From Oculina patagonica (Eukaryota): a stretch of DNA of 64,000 nucleotides. The DNA is taken from assembly GCF_052425735.1 (NCBI RefSeq), contig NC_135771.1:5022001-5086000 (forward strand). Direction: 5' to 3'. The position numbers were made by a program, and so were the translations under genes. Shown here piece after piece: positions 48,784 through 61,551 of this stretch. The notes beneath the pieces were generated by a model. The model was not told the DNA's origin. It did not search any database and saw nothing but the letters and a program-made list of their open reading frames with translations. How positions within the stretch are numbered: the first letter of the stretch is position 1; every line of letters begins with the position of its first letter.

Positions 48784-49211
48784 CCCAGGGGGGGGGGGGG
48801 GGGGTACTCCAGCTTGTTAATGACAGGAATGATCGAAGGATTTTTTTGGGTTTGAAATTTTCGATTCCGGGACTTTTTTGGGTTGGAAAATTCGGCAAGT
48901 ATTTTTTTGGGTGACTTGATTTAGATAGGAGATTTTTTGGGTATTAAAAACGAACTAAAGTGCCTTGGCGTGGCCTTGGCGTATTTATGGTGTGATGAAT
49001 AAACAAAACAAGCTTTCTTTGTGTTATGTTATTGCCCCTCCTGGCAATTTAGGGCTAATTTGACAAGGGATTTTTTGGGGGTTTATTTTTGGTCCAGGGA
49101 TTTTTTTGGGTAATGTCGGAAGACTTAGGGATTTTTTTGGGTCTTGAGTTTTGCCTCCATTCGATCATCCCCGTAATTTACAAGCCGGAGTACCCCCCCC
49201 CCCCCCCTGGG
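48784..49211. mobile_element. MITE with CCCAGGG(G)n-TACTCC termini and 8-bp TSD
   Basis: GTTTGATA|CCCAGGGG...GTACTCC and GGAGTAC...CCCCTGGG|GTTTGATA; internal GGATTTTTTTGGG repeats. Confidence 0.85.
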
Positions 49212-49363
49212 GTTTGATATCAATAAAACATCAACAAAATTAATGTTCAAATCAAAAGCAAAAAAAAAGACATTGAGATGAAAAACAGTTTGGGGGAGGG
49301 GGAAGGGGTTTGTCTATAGACACTTATTGTCTATTTAAATAGTACAACTGAAAATTTTCTTAA

Positions 49364-50150
49364 AGTGTATATGACATGAAAAATATTTTCTGCTTATTTG
49401 AAAGGCCTTTCGAAATACAGAAGAATGGCGTTTTTCTTTTCGAAATATCTTTTTTCGTTTCAGAGACATGACGTTTTTGTATTATGCAAATTAGATCAGT
49501 GATGACGTCATAAGATTTGACTCTAAAAAATGGTAAAATACTGAATAAAAAATATCTCTAGAAATATTGAAGCAGTGTTCTTGAAACTTTGCACCGCAAA
49601 TGTGCATCACAAAAGGAACAAAATGACACCCTTAGTATTGTTGCCATAGCAACTCTTTCAACTCCAGTCTCTCTCTGTCAAAAAGACAAACATCCCCATA
49701 TCTGACCTCTAAAGTGATACAAAGGGTCCTGCTTAGAACAGACATAGTTCCCATATTGTCTTAATTCCCACCATCGGTTTGGCTGCACTAGATGGTTCTT
49801 GGTTTAAGACAAAAACTGGGAATTTCAGTTTTTATTGAGACAGCACCAGCGGCAAAACTGTTGTCATGGCAACAGCCCTAAGAGTGTCATTTTGTTTCTT
49901 TTGTGATGTACATTTGTGGTGCCAAGTTCCAAGAACACTGCTTTAATAGTTTTAGAGATATTGTTTATTCAGTATTTTACCATTTTTAAGAGTCAAATCT
50001 TATGACGTCATCACTGATCTAATTTGCATAATACAAAAACATCAGTATCTCTGAAACGAAAAAAGATACTTTGAAAAGAAGAACGCCATTATTCTGTATT
50101 TTGAAAGGCCTTTCAAATAAGCAGAAAATATTTTTCATGTCATATACACT
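49364..50150. mobile_element. Kolobok-like MITE family D with ~280-bp TIRs
   Basis: TTAA|AGTGTATATGACATGAAAAATATTTTCTGC...GCAGAAAATATTTTTCATGTCATATACACT|TTAA. Confidence 0.92.
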
Positions 50151-51607
50151 TTAACACGATTACCCCCTATTTCGGCAAAAATGGGAATTCCATGCATGAC
50201 GGTGTGAGTTTTGGATAATGGATAAGTCCTGAGTGGTATTCCCTGTCAACATGTGCCCTAACACAACCTCCCCTCATTTAAGCCAAGACTGCAATTTCCA
50301 AGATGAGAACACTAGATGGGGAAGTGGGTAATAGTTTTAGGGGAAGGGGGAGAGGGTAGGCTTATTTACATGATTGTTCATAGTTTGAATGTTGAAGGAA
50401 TGAGGTTGTGGGAACCCAGGAGTAAAGGTGGTCCACGGGAGGTGGGATATAGGGGCTATTAGGGAGAGGGATTCTAAAGCCCGTGGAAACTAATAATAAT
50501 TAATTGGAAGAGTGAGAAAAGTTCTATACTATTTTGTAACAGAAAAAGCGTAGTGGCAGAAACCTGAAAGGAATTGGCAGAAATAGTGAATTAAAGTAGA
50601 AAAAGGGAAGTTAAGAACCCCCCCCCCCCTCCCCTGAAAAATATTCTGGCTTAGGGTTTTGGCGGGTGTGCAGGTGGGTGACTTAAAAAGATAGGAGGTT
50701 ACATTGTTTTTAATATTTTAATGGAAGTTTGGCTGGATTTCCATGTTGATACAGTCCCCCACTATTGTGTACACCATCTGCAAAATCCTCTCCGCCTGAT
50801 CAGAATTCCTGAAGGGTTCTGCAGCCCTGGAAATTTATCTGCATGCAGGTAAAATTAGTTGGATGGCAGGGTTCTAAATAAAATCACAGCTTTTAGCCTG
50901 AATTTGAAGGCTTTTTTGTCAAGGCTGATTTTTTTCCTGGCTGTCAAACAAGTTTTTGATTGCCATACATTTCGAGGGACACAATCCATATGCATACATG
51001 ACGTACCCAATGCATAAAGGTTTGCAATGCATTGTAGGGCGATTTCAAAGAAAGTCGGCCATTTGAACTCTGGATGGGTGTGGTGGGTTGAAAAAGGGGG
51101 CTAAATGGAGGAAATACAGTAATTTTGGTTTTAAAAACTCTTTCAGTAAAGCAGATAAATTTTTGTTTTAGGCATTCATGTCAACTGCCTTGTCGTTTAT
51201 TTTAGAAAGATTACTAACTGTTTACTAAATTTTTCAATATAATAAACAACAACTACTTTGTTTTGTAGTCTTTTGAATTGACTTACTGAGAATAAAAACT
51301 TTGCTGATCAAACAAGTAAACCAAGCAACAAATTATGTTTTGCTTCTTTAATATGCATGTTTGTCAACATGCAATTTTTTAAATTTTTAAATTTTTTAAA
51401 TTTCTTTTTCAATTTTTTTTTTTGATGGCGCTTTGCATGTCTGTGGTACTTGTAGTTACTATACAGTGGCCCAGGTGTACAGTTTCTCTCAATTATTCAA
51501 CACCTATCTATTCAACGTAAGTTTCAAAAAGAAAAGTTTTTTTAATTTTGCCAAAGGAACAAAAATTTGGGGATGCTTTTTGACTGCACTTTTTGACTGC
51601 TGTTTTG

Positions 51608-51640
51608 TCAATCAATCAATCACTCAATCAATCAATCAAT

Positions 51641-51687
<47 letters not shown>

Positions 51688-51913
51688 AATGATCAATCAG
51701 TCAGTGAAAAATGTTAAAAAACTTGAATGCCAAAGATACTTTTTGACAGTACAACATAATGCTGTCAATCAATCAATCAATCCAATATATAATAGAATCA
51801 ATCAATTAATCAGTCAATTGTTCAGTCAATCAGTCAGTAAATCGACTAATCAATCAATTAATCAGTCAATTGCTTAATCAATCAATCAATCAATCAATCA
51901 ATCATAAATCAAT
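51608..51913 (+). repeat. Degenerate (ATCA)n microsatellite
   Basis: Runs of TCAA/ATCA. Confidence 0.95.
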
Positions 51914-52964
51914 GTAGCATGTCAAAAAACTTTATATTCATTACACCTTATTTGACAATTTGGTATACTAAAATGGTTTCTATACTAGAACTCGTGAAAG
52001 TTTGAAGAAAATCTGATGTTTTTTAGTTTAGTCTGCTTGAAAGGAATACGGGCCACTGTATAATTTTGTAGTATAGGTACAGGGAAATCACAGCTGAAAT
52101 GCAATGTCTGTTATTTTAAACACTCAAACACAAGGACGCATATTTTAAGAGTGTTACTGAAGTCTTTACTAAAATTGGAAACAATTAAATCTCTTATTCA
52201 TATTTGCAGATTGTCTTGAAATACTAAAATTCGAGAAATTTTTGTAGATTTAAAATTACAAACAATTAAAATTTTGCATCTACTCTCGTGTCGGTCTTTT
52301 TATAACTTCATTTGAAATGCGTCTTTGTGTTTAATACCTCATGTCGTTTTTGTATTTGTAAGGTACAAAGTGTGCTCAGTTGCTCAGTTTGAGAGTTTTT
52401 TCCTTGGATTACAATTTTTTGGACGCAAACTTAAAAGTCAAACAATTCTCATTGTCAGATAGGAAGCCAAAAGGCAATTTGAATATTTACTCGTGTGCGC
52501 GTTTTTATTGAATTTGCATTTCTATGCACGCCTAAATTTGTATCGCGTTTTTTTGTAATGTTTATTTTCAAGTAGAAGCAATACGTTTTCAAGCGCATTC
52601 ACACAAATTCAGGATTTTCAAAATTGCTTGTGCTTACACATCAAACGTTTTAACTATTTTAGCGCAGTTCACGCTGTTATGCCTTTTACGTTTATCAATC
52701 GCCTTGCCGATTTATTTATTCAGCCAAAATTCAGCATGCAGAGAACAGCCTTATTTATAGGCGTTGTGTGACAATTTAGTTCGCGAAATTTGAATACGGA
52801 AAGGGTAAATTTATTTTAAAACTCGACTTCTTGAGCAACTCAGTACAGATTGTAGCTTGTAAATATTTCTTTGAAGAAAAAACGCGGTAGAGGTACAGTG
52901 AGAGTTTTAGGGCAGACATTGTTTACTTTAGTGGTGGTTTTCATTGAAGCAGAACTTGGTTTGA

Positions 52965-53280
52965 GTCCTGTTATACAGTGTAATCTTTCATGCAGCTTGT
53001 TTCGCAGTTTTGTCGAAGGTGGCGTGACAAGTGCGTTACGTGAAACATTGCGTCGTGTGGCATACCGTGCGACGGACAAAATTCTTGCGGAACATTTCAC
53101 TTCGGCGGTTTCAGAAAGTCAGAACTTAGTTCTACTTTTTTTTCTGCCGTTAAAGCGTCTTGTTCCGCAGCGATTTGTCTGTTTTAAGGTGTTACACGAC
53201 GTGTTGCTTCATAAAACTTGTCACGCCGTTTTCGAGAAGATTGCGGGACAAGTTGCGGGACAGATTACACTGTGGAGGAC
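52965..53280. mobile_element. Decayed Harbinger-like MITE
   Basis: Imperfect IR ACAGTGTAATCT...AGATTACACTGT with TTGCG subterminal motifs; accounts for the spurious ORF 52871-53401. Confidence 0.45.
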
Positions 53281-54094
53281 TTTAGTCATGAACACAAGTG
53301 TTTACCTGGTTAGTTATGGTGGATTGCTGGTAGAAACGACAACACAAAAACTGTCTCTTCGTCTCTTTTATTTGCGTTTTATTGTGTTAAAAAAAAAATA
53401 AAAAACCTAGCCGATCTTGTCCTTGCTTGGGTTGTTTTCACTCTGCTCCGAGTTCTAGTGTTTCTTCTGTTGCTCTTTAATATTCCAACTTTAAAATCCT
53501 GGTTTGTTTATCTGGTCCGCCATCTTTGATGATGACACTTGACCCACTTTAATGATATGGCCGTTTGCTCCCAAGTGGAGATGGCATAATGAGGGGAGGT
53601 GAGAGTTTGCTACCCATGCCTCCTCGGTTTTACTCAACTACGTCATAGTACCACACCCGTTTTAATTGGAATATTCATTAGTTTTGAAGTCCGTGATAAA
53701 AATGCAAAAACAACTTATGCCAAATAATAAAATTTCAGATGCACGTTTTCAATTAATGTATCTAAAAAAATTCCGTCGGAAGGACCAGAAAAACCGAAGT
53801 GCTAAAGTACAAATTATGTTCAGCACATTTCCATGGATGCTAAGAAAAGAATCGAACGCAGAAAACCACTAATCTGACTCCCCGACCAAACCTCCTGCCG
53901 ACTGTCATCCCACAAACTTCACCAAAAGAACACAAGTCATTTGAAACCTTCCCATCAGAGCGGATACAAGTTTAGGAATTTTCAATTGCTTATTAAGAGA
54001 AAGATAAATCGGCGGTATTTAAAGCTAGAAGCTAGAATTTAAAGTCCGGCAAAGTTTTATATTTACAGGAAACGAAAGAATTTTCCGAAAGAAA

Positions 54095-54900
54095 TCGCGG
54101 TTTAAATGTTTTCGAGTAGAAAGTTTAAGAATAAATCTGAATTAAATATTCAAGATTTAAATCGCCTGAAAATGCAAGCACGGTGGAATTTGAAAGTCAT
54201 TGTTATTGTTTGTGTTAATTTTGATATAAAAGAGCGTCGAACAACAAAGCATCCTCGGGAATTCAGGGGGCAGTTAGTCGGGACGAGACGAAGTGAACCG
54301 AGCGGTAAAATCATCGTCGCGCCATTCTCGCCGCTCGGCTTACTTCGTATCGCTCCGATTTACTTCCGCTGGGTTCCCGAGGATGACAACGAAGTTGAAA
54401 AAACATTAGAAAAGAAATAAAGAAACAATTTCCCCCAGACTTCGCTTCGTTTTAAAAGTCAAATGCACAATTGGCCTATGACAAATCGAATTATTTTCCG
54501 AAGGACATCGCGGTTTAAATGAATCTTGCGCAATTTTCAATTAGAAAATTTGAGAGTAAATGTAACTTAAATATTCAAGATTTGAATCGTCTTGAAATGC
54601 AAGCACGGTGGAATTTGAAATTTGATTGTTATTGCTTGTTAATTTGAATATTGAATAGCATCGAACCACGAAGCATCTTCGGGAATTCAGGGGCAGTTGG
54701 TCGGGGCGAGACGAAGTAAACCGAGAGGTAAAATCGTCGTCGCACCGATTTTGCGGCTCGGCTTACTTCGTATCGCTCCGATTACCTTCCGATGAGTTCC
54801 CGAGGATGACAACGTAATTGAACAAACATTAGAAAATAAAGAAAAAATGTTTCCTTGATTTTGCTTTGTTAGGAATCGAAGTCAAAATGAATAATTGCCC
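54095..54900 (+). repeat. Diverged direct duplication (~415-bp period); each unit carries a small CATCCTCGGGA...TCCCGAGGATG hairpin element
   Basis: ATCGCGGTTTAAATG at ~54094 and ~54507; AAGCACGGTGGAATTTGAAA and GGCTTACTTCGTATCGCTCCGATT occur in both units. Confidence 0.85.
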
Positions 54901-57229
54901 TAGGAAATTAAAAAAATCATCGAAATAAGTTCATTTCCTAAGTTAAGTTTTGTTATGGCAGTGAAAAACGAACAATTGGCCTAAGAAATCGATTTAATCG
55001 AATTAATAACTGGTAAATTATTTAGTTAAAAAATCAAGTTTTCGAGATACAATGTCAATAATTTTGGAAGACAGAATTAACAATTGGCCTACGAAGTTAA
55101 AATCAAATTGATGATATATTATTAGGTCTTCGAAATTTCCGAGAAAAAAAAAACGAAAGAAGCCTCTTTCATAGCATACTCGGATCGTCACGCAGCACTT
55201 CTGGGGAGATGCGTTGCGTGACAGCTCAAGTAACGCCCATGCGAAAGACTTCCCGCTTCAGATTAACTTCTAAAGTTAATCTGAAAAGTAATTGTTATTT
55301 CTAATATTGGTTTGGTAATATGTTTAAGTTTAGTTTATTTGATGCTAAAGTTGTTTTTTATTTGTTATAGAAAACTAAAAGAAATTGATGTTTTAAGTTA
55401 AAGAAAGAAAATTCCTAAACAGGTATCAGCTCTTTCAGAAGAATCCCAGATGACTATCAGCTCAATCTAGTGTCGCTTGTGAAATTCCAGTCAAGCCAGA
55501 TTAGTTGCGTTCTTTGTTCCAAACTAACCCCAACATCTAGGAAATGTACCGCCCATGACCTGCATTAAAGCACTACTGTTTTACGTCCTTCACAACGGAA
55601 GATTTCCAGATACATTGATTGAAGACAAACATCTTTGAAAAGCCAATTGGAATAAATGTGTGGTATTCTACGCAGTTAGGTAATACTGACAAGACATGAA
55701 AAGCAAACTCTCACCTCCCCTCATGATGCTTCCTCCACTTGAAAGCAAACGACCAAATCATCAAAGTGACCAAGTGCCTCCATCATAAAATAGCGGAACA
55801 GATAAACTCAACAGGATTTCTCAGTTGGAATATTGTAGAGGAACGTCAGAAACACTAACCTCAGAGCAAGAGTTTCCACAACCCTGCAAGGACTTCGATC
55901 GGCTAGATGAAAATCTGACCATTTGTTATGTGTGCGGGTGTGTGGGCCATCTCAGTTCCTGAAAATAATCTAAAATATACAAAGTTCAGTGGACGATATA
56001 AAATCCACAAAGAGAAAATAAACAAGCTCATTAGCACAGTTAGAAAATGCCTACCCAACCTAACTGAAACAAAACTGAAGCCCCTGGATTAACTTTAATA
56101 TTAAACCAGTTCGTAAATGCTAATTAAGCAGTAATAACTCTAACAACTGAACTATGTAAAGCAAGAATTGCTCTGTAGAAATGTCTGCTTTGGCAACTTG
56201 AGAGCAATAACTAAGATTTCCTAACTTGTTTTGATTCTTGCTTAAAAATGATATATTGATATCTTAAAAAAGAAACTTTCCTGCTTCTTATTAAGATCAA
56301 CCACTACAGCTGTGAGTAGTTTCATGTGAAAACACAATAATTAACCAATTTATTATTAACTAACTTAATTATGAATTGTTTACTTCTGTGCTAATGAGCT
56401 CATTGTGACACCTTTAAACAAAGGATGCAAAAAATTAAATAGAAATTTAAACAAATCCTATTATCAGAATTTGCTGTTTGAAATTGATTGTGTAAAAAAT
56501 GATGAGTTTTGTTTAAAGGTAAATAAATTGAACTTGCAGAAATTCTAAAAATTGTAGCAAAAAAGTTTTAAAGCTGAAAAGAGTAGTTTTAGGAAGCCTT
56601 CTTTGTTTAAAGGTGAGAAAAAATACTATTGTAGTCTCAAGTACCACCATGCTATTGACTTAATCTAAAAAATATCCCTTAAATTTTTATAGTGTTATAA
56701 ATGAAGTAACAAAAAGGGCAACATAGCCTACAAAGACAAAAGTAATCAGAGAAAGTTGAATTGGTTGCCAAGGATAAAAAAAAAAAAACGTAAAAGGCCT
56801 AGAGCATGGTGAACATTGAGACTACAAATGTACCTTATCTTGCAAAACAACAAATTTTGAACTGAAATTTCATGAGCAAATAAGTGGCTTCAGTAAGATG
56901 TAACTTTGCAATGTTTTGGATTTAAAATAAATCTAATTGATAATGTAAGTTTGCTGTCAATAAAATCATCCGAAAGGCTAAAATGTGTTAAGTTTGCTTA
57001 AAAAAATTATAGTCTGATGTTATGAAAAATAATTTTTTACTTCAAAATAGGCAATTTGTGAAAAATATGTGACAAAAAGGAATTTGTAAGCAAGCCACTT
57101 ATTTGCAAATGAATCATAGCACACACACCACACACTGGCCAGTGAAATACTCTGTTTATATTAACAGCTACATGTGCACCCAAGCATGTGAACTTAATAG
57201 AGATTTTAATGCTCCTTAGTTTTGATAAA

Positions 57230-57652
57230 AGTGACTGACTGAACAACTGATTGAATAATTGATTGCTTGACTGATTGACTGATTGATTGATTGATTGATT
57301 GAATGAATGAATTATTAAATGGCTAATTCATTGATTGATTTGATGATTGACCGATTGGCTGAATGAAAGATTTGATTGACAGAGTTAATTGACAGGCTGA
57401 ATGATTGATTTTTTAAAAGATTGATTAAACATTTGATGGACTGAATGATCAATTGCTTGAAAGATTGATTGATTGATTGAGTGATTGGGCAATTGATCAA
57501 TTGATTGATTGAATTTTTTATTGATTAAATGATTTATTAAATAATTGATTCATTGATTGAATGGTTGATTGACTGATTGATTAAATGAGAGATTTAATTG
57601 ATTGATTCAATCGTTTTATTTATGAAAGATTGATTAATTAAATGATTGACTG
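57230..57652 (+). repeat. Degenerate (TGAT)n microsatellite, reverse complement of 51608-51913
   Basis: Runs of TTGA/TGAT. Confidence 0.95.
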
Positions 57653-57989
57653 AATGTGCACATGTAGCAGGTAATAAACAGTGAGTATCAGAGTTGCATT
57701 TTAAAACAAATGTTTACCATGAGCAAGCAACAGATGTTTGGACTAAATTGGTGCAAAACAGCATTGATTCAATGAGCTGTAAAGGTAATAATTTTTTAAA
57801 TTACTAGAAATGAAGAAACGCAAAATAATTAAGTACTTCGCTTCATGGTAAACACTTGTCAATTATCAGCTTTTGGTATAGTAATATTACCTTAAAATAA
57901 CACATATATGTCTATAATAGATAAGATTACATTGTAAATACAAGTTCTTGATCATCCATCGTCCTTGCTCTTCAGTCTTCCATTGTTAG

Positions 57990-58195
57990 TCCATGGGTCC
58001 ATGCCTATCGTCCTCAAAGTCCTGGGTCCTCCATCCTGGGTCTTCCGACCTGGGTCCACTGTCCTGGGTCCCGGGTCCTGCCTGGGTCCTTGGTTCTGGG
58101 TCCGTTGTCCTGGGTCTTTCATCCTGGGTCCACTGTCCCGGGTCTTAACTGTTCTAGGTCCTGGGTCCTGGGTCTGCTATGCTGGGTCCTCCTAC
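57990..58195 (+). repeat. Degenerate CCTGGGT(C) minisatellite
   Basis: More than ten CCTGGGTC-like units. Confidence 0.85.
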
Positions 58196-58698
58196 CATGA
58201 TCCTAAAGTATGCTCTTCATCTCTGCCAATATGCCTGCAAATTAAACCACACAATATTTGTCATGTAAGTATTTTGTACCAGGACAATAACCTTGGAATA
58301 CTTTGCATAAAAAAATCATTGACACAAATTCTGTTAAAATTCTTGTCTTTTACTTTAGAAAAACGTTTACATGTAATTGTTGGAGTTCAATGACCTGGTC
58401 CAAGACCCCAACAATTTCTACTGATCAATGCAGAAGATAACAAAATACTCCAGCTACCAATCAATCACATTTGTTTTGCAGTGCCTTTAAACATGGATTG
58501 TTCGGTATGGTGACCTAATAGGGCTTTCAGTACTTTTATGGGACTCATGCTATACATGATAGGGAAAACAACTGTAAATGCATGCGCAAAATGGTGTTAA
58601 TGACAAATTTACTGAGACTACGCGATTTCTGTGAAGAACGAAAAAATTTGTATACAGAGGTTGCTACGATGACACTTTTGATTTGTTAGTGCGAGATA

Positions 58699-59189
58699 CC
58701 GTAATGATTCGATTTAGCGCCCAGGGCGCTCATTTACTTTTGGCACCCCAAGGGAGGGCGCTTATTCGAGACAGGGCGCTTATTCGGGACAGGGCGCTTA
58801 TTTATTTTTTTGCGAAACAACCAAATGTTCAAAACAAAACTGTAATAAATATTGAAATAACTAACAATAACAGAAACTATAACAGTAACAAATTGTTGAA
58901 AGTTCAGTTACTTTTACAAGAATTGTCCATTTTAGCAGTAAATATATACATGTGCGGTATGGTGAATGTTCACGAGTTTATCTTTTCAACGTCGACAACT
59001 TCAGTAGGGTCAGTTAACCACAATAGGAGCGCTTTTAAGAATAAGGCCACGTATAAGAATGGGACGCTTATTAGAATGGGGCCGCTTATTGGAATAGGGG
59101 TGCTTATTAACGAAAACACATTCAAAGGGGGGCACTTATTCGGAAGGGGGCCCTTATTGGAAGGAGGGCGCTAAATCGAATCATTACGG
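58699..59189. mobile_element. Tc1/pogo-like MITE (TA TSD, CCGTA termini)
   Basis: TA|CCGTAATGATTCGATTTAGCGCCC...GGGCGCTAAATCGAATCATTACGG|TA; internal GGGCGCTTATT repeats. Confidence 0.92.
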
Positions 59190-59310
59190 TACTGCCTTTT
59201 TCACTTTTTCTAAATTTATTAATTTTAAAAAATTGCCCTCTTTGACTCGTTCTAAATTTGTAAATTAAAAGTAAATTCACTTAACCGTTAATTGTACACA
59301 ATGCGTTTTA

Positions 59311-60070
59311 GGGCCTGTTTACATGGAGGGAGGGTGCCCCGGCTAACCGAGTTACCCGCCGGCTAGAAGGGATGAAACATAGCCCGCCTTTACATGCAGA
59401 ATTCACAGCCCTTCTACCCGAGATGAGACAGCGTCATTGAAGCGTGTCACGGCGTGGGAAGACAATGTAGCTCCAAATGATTGAAGAAAAATATGACTTT
59501 TTACTGAATAATCAAGGCTTTTCGTCTTCAAACCTATTTTAATTTGATGTGCAAGTTCTCAGAAATTTACTGCGTTCATTTTTGGCGAAATTCAATCGAA
59601 ATTCAACAGTATTTGGCTGTCAAATTGAAATTAAATTTGTTGTGTCGTGAATTAGGATAATCATTCCCACGAAAATTTCGAATTAATTAGCTGTTGCTCA
59701 AAGAAATATTTTCCAGCCAACCGATAGAAGTCATAAAACTAATTTTGATCAAATAGCACTGTTTGGGTCCAGAATTTATACATTTTATGCCATTTACTTC
59801 AAATTTAGTTCAAAAACACGCGCGAAAAGTTATCCCGGCAAGCCGGGATAGCTCGGTCATAACCGTTTACATGGCAAAAAGCTGTCCCGCCTAGAAGGGT
59901 GCCCCGGGCAAGTAGACCGAGTGCCCCGGCAAGGCGGGTTACCCTTCTAGCATGTAAAGGCTTCAATACGTTTTCTTAAGAAACGTATGAAAAGTTGGCT
60001 CGCCCAGGGTAGCTCGGTTAGCCGGGTAACTCGGTTAGCCGGGGCACCCGCCTTCCATGTAAACAGGCCC
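59311..60070. mobile_element. PIF/Harbinger-like MITE (TTA TSD)
   Basis: TTA|GGGCCTGTTTACATGGA...TCCATGTAAACAGGCCC|TTA; subterminal CCCCGGCTAACCGAG repeats; CpG-rich. Confidence 0.92.
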
Positions 60071-61551
60071 TTAAATAGAGTCGTCATTTGTTTAGTAACG
60101 CCATTTTGCTCATGCATTTAGACAGTTGTCACCACTTTGCTGTGTTCTTGGGTAAGACACTTAACTATCACCAACACAAAGACTTCTTTAGGAGACACTA
60201 TCTGCCCACAAAACAATGATCAAGTTTGGCATTAAGAACCCTAGTGAATCCTAGTTTTGAACATACATGCAGGAATAAATAGAATAAACTCACCATGTCC
60301 ATCAAAAGCATGGTTTTCATCTTCCACATGGTTAAGTTGGCGTGTCTGCTGTTTGTGTGTTTCTAGTATGGACGTGCCAATGTCTTCCTTGTGTCAGAAA
60401 TGCAGTTTCTTGAGATAAAACACAACGTCTTAGTTCAAAAGTTTCAACCACATTTATAACATGTTGCAAGGTCCCTGCTTGTATCTACGCATGATTATAG
60501 GGATCTACAGGCAGTTGACCTGTAAAGAAGGATATATGCATGGTGCAGCAGGTGAAGATGAAATGAAATATAGCTAAGGTACAGCTTGTGTTTGAGCCTA
60601 AAGAGGTCCATCAGGTTGTTGCACTATATTTCTGGTTCCTGTAGCATGAAGTGACCTAGCCTGCATAACTGGCGGGATAAGCGCAGGGTGAGATGAGCAC
60701 GCAGAGTGAGATGAGCCCGTGGGGCTAGAAAAATTGTGGGTGAGGCCCGTGTGTGCAAGCAGGGCAGCTGTGAGGATCTCAACTTGACTCCTCCCCAAAT
60801 TCCTTGCGGCTCAGCGTTTCTGTCTCTCTGCTGTTCGCCACAAACAAGCACTCGCACTTATCCGGCCAGCTACACATGCTGTGGTATTCAGGTGCAGCAA
60901 CTTCTGTAGGGCCCCTTTTAGATATTATTTAAACAAGAAAATAATTAAGGTCTCTCACCATAACTTTGATTTCTTCCGTCTCTCATCCACATTCCATCTG
61001 GCTCAGTCTGTGCCTCGTTATTTATTTGGTGGCATCTTTCATGGGTCTTGTAGCTTCCAATTGGTTTGGTTTATTAAGGGCGTGTTCCTTATTCTTTTAG
61101 GTCCTTAAAGATAAAAAGTGGCCACTTATAATCTACCATACTGAAAAAGATGGAGACTAGTACACTTACCTATATTTTGCCAAAAATGCTAAAAACGCTC
61201 ATAAAAATGCACAGAAAAGCTCTAAAAACATTAAACTCTGTACAAACAATGTTGTTAGTACAGGGACGAATTTCATAGAAACGTTTCCTATGATACCCCG
61301 TTATGACCCTCTTGACAAATGCCCCTGCGTCCCCGGTCCCCGGGTCCAGGGTCCCTCCCACCCCCCACCTCCCCAACAGGAGGGTTGCTAATACTTGAAA
61401 TATCTTCATCGTTTTCCATGGATAAGCTCAAATAAGAACATTGACTGTAATAAATTGTATAAAGTATATATATAACGCTTTTTGCTTAACAATCGGTTCT
61501 TCTTTCGCTGCAATGCTTCAAACTTCATGCTGCTCCATGCTGTTACATTAA

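Larger units (their letters stand above)
48527..51119. mobile_element. Old TA-flanked MITE expanded by nested insertions
   Basis: TA|CTGTATTTCCTC at the left and GAGGAAATACAG|TA at the right; encloses 48784-49211 and 49364-50150. The pairing rests on only a 14-nt match. Confidence 0.5.

Noticed and set aside
51433-51877. ORFs with SINQ repeats (also 57315-57500)
   Set aside because: Translations of the (ATCA)n/(TGAT)n microsatellites.
52871-53401. 176-aa ORF
   Set aside because: Non-ATG start, overlaps a decayed MITE and has no recognisable domain.
57965-59174. 142-aa and 163-aa ORFs (LGPGS and RALIRD repeats)
   Set aside because: They coincide with a minisatellite and a MITE with internal repeats.
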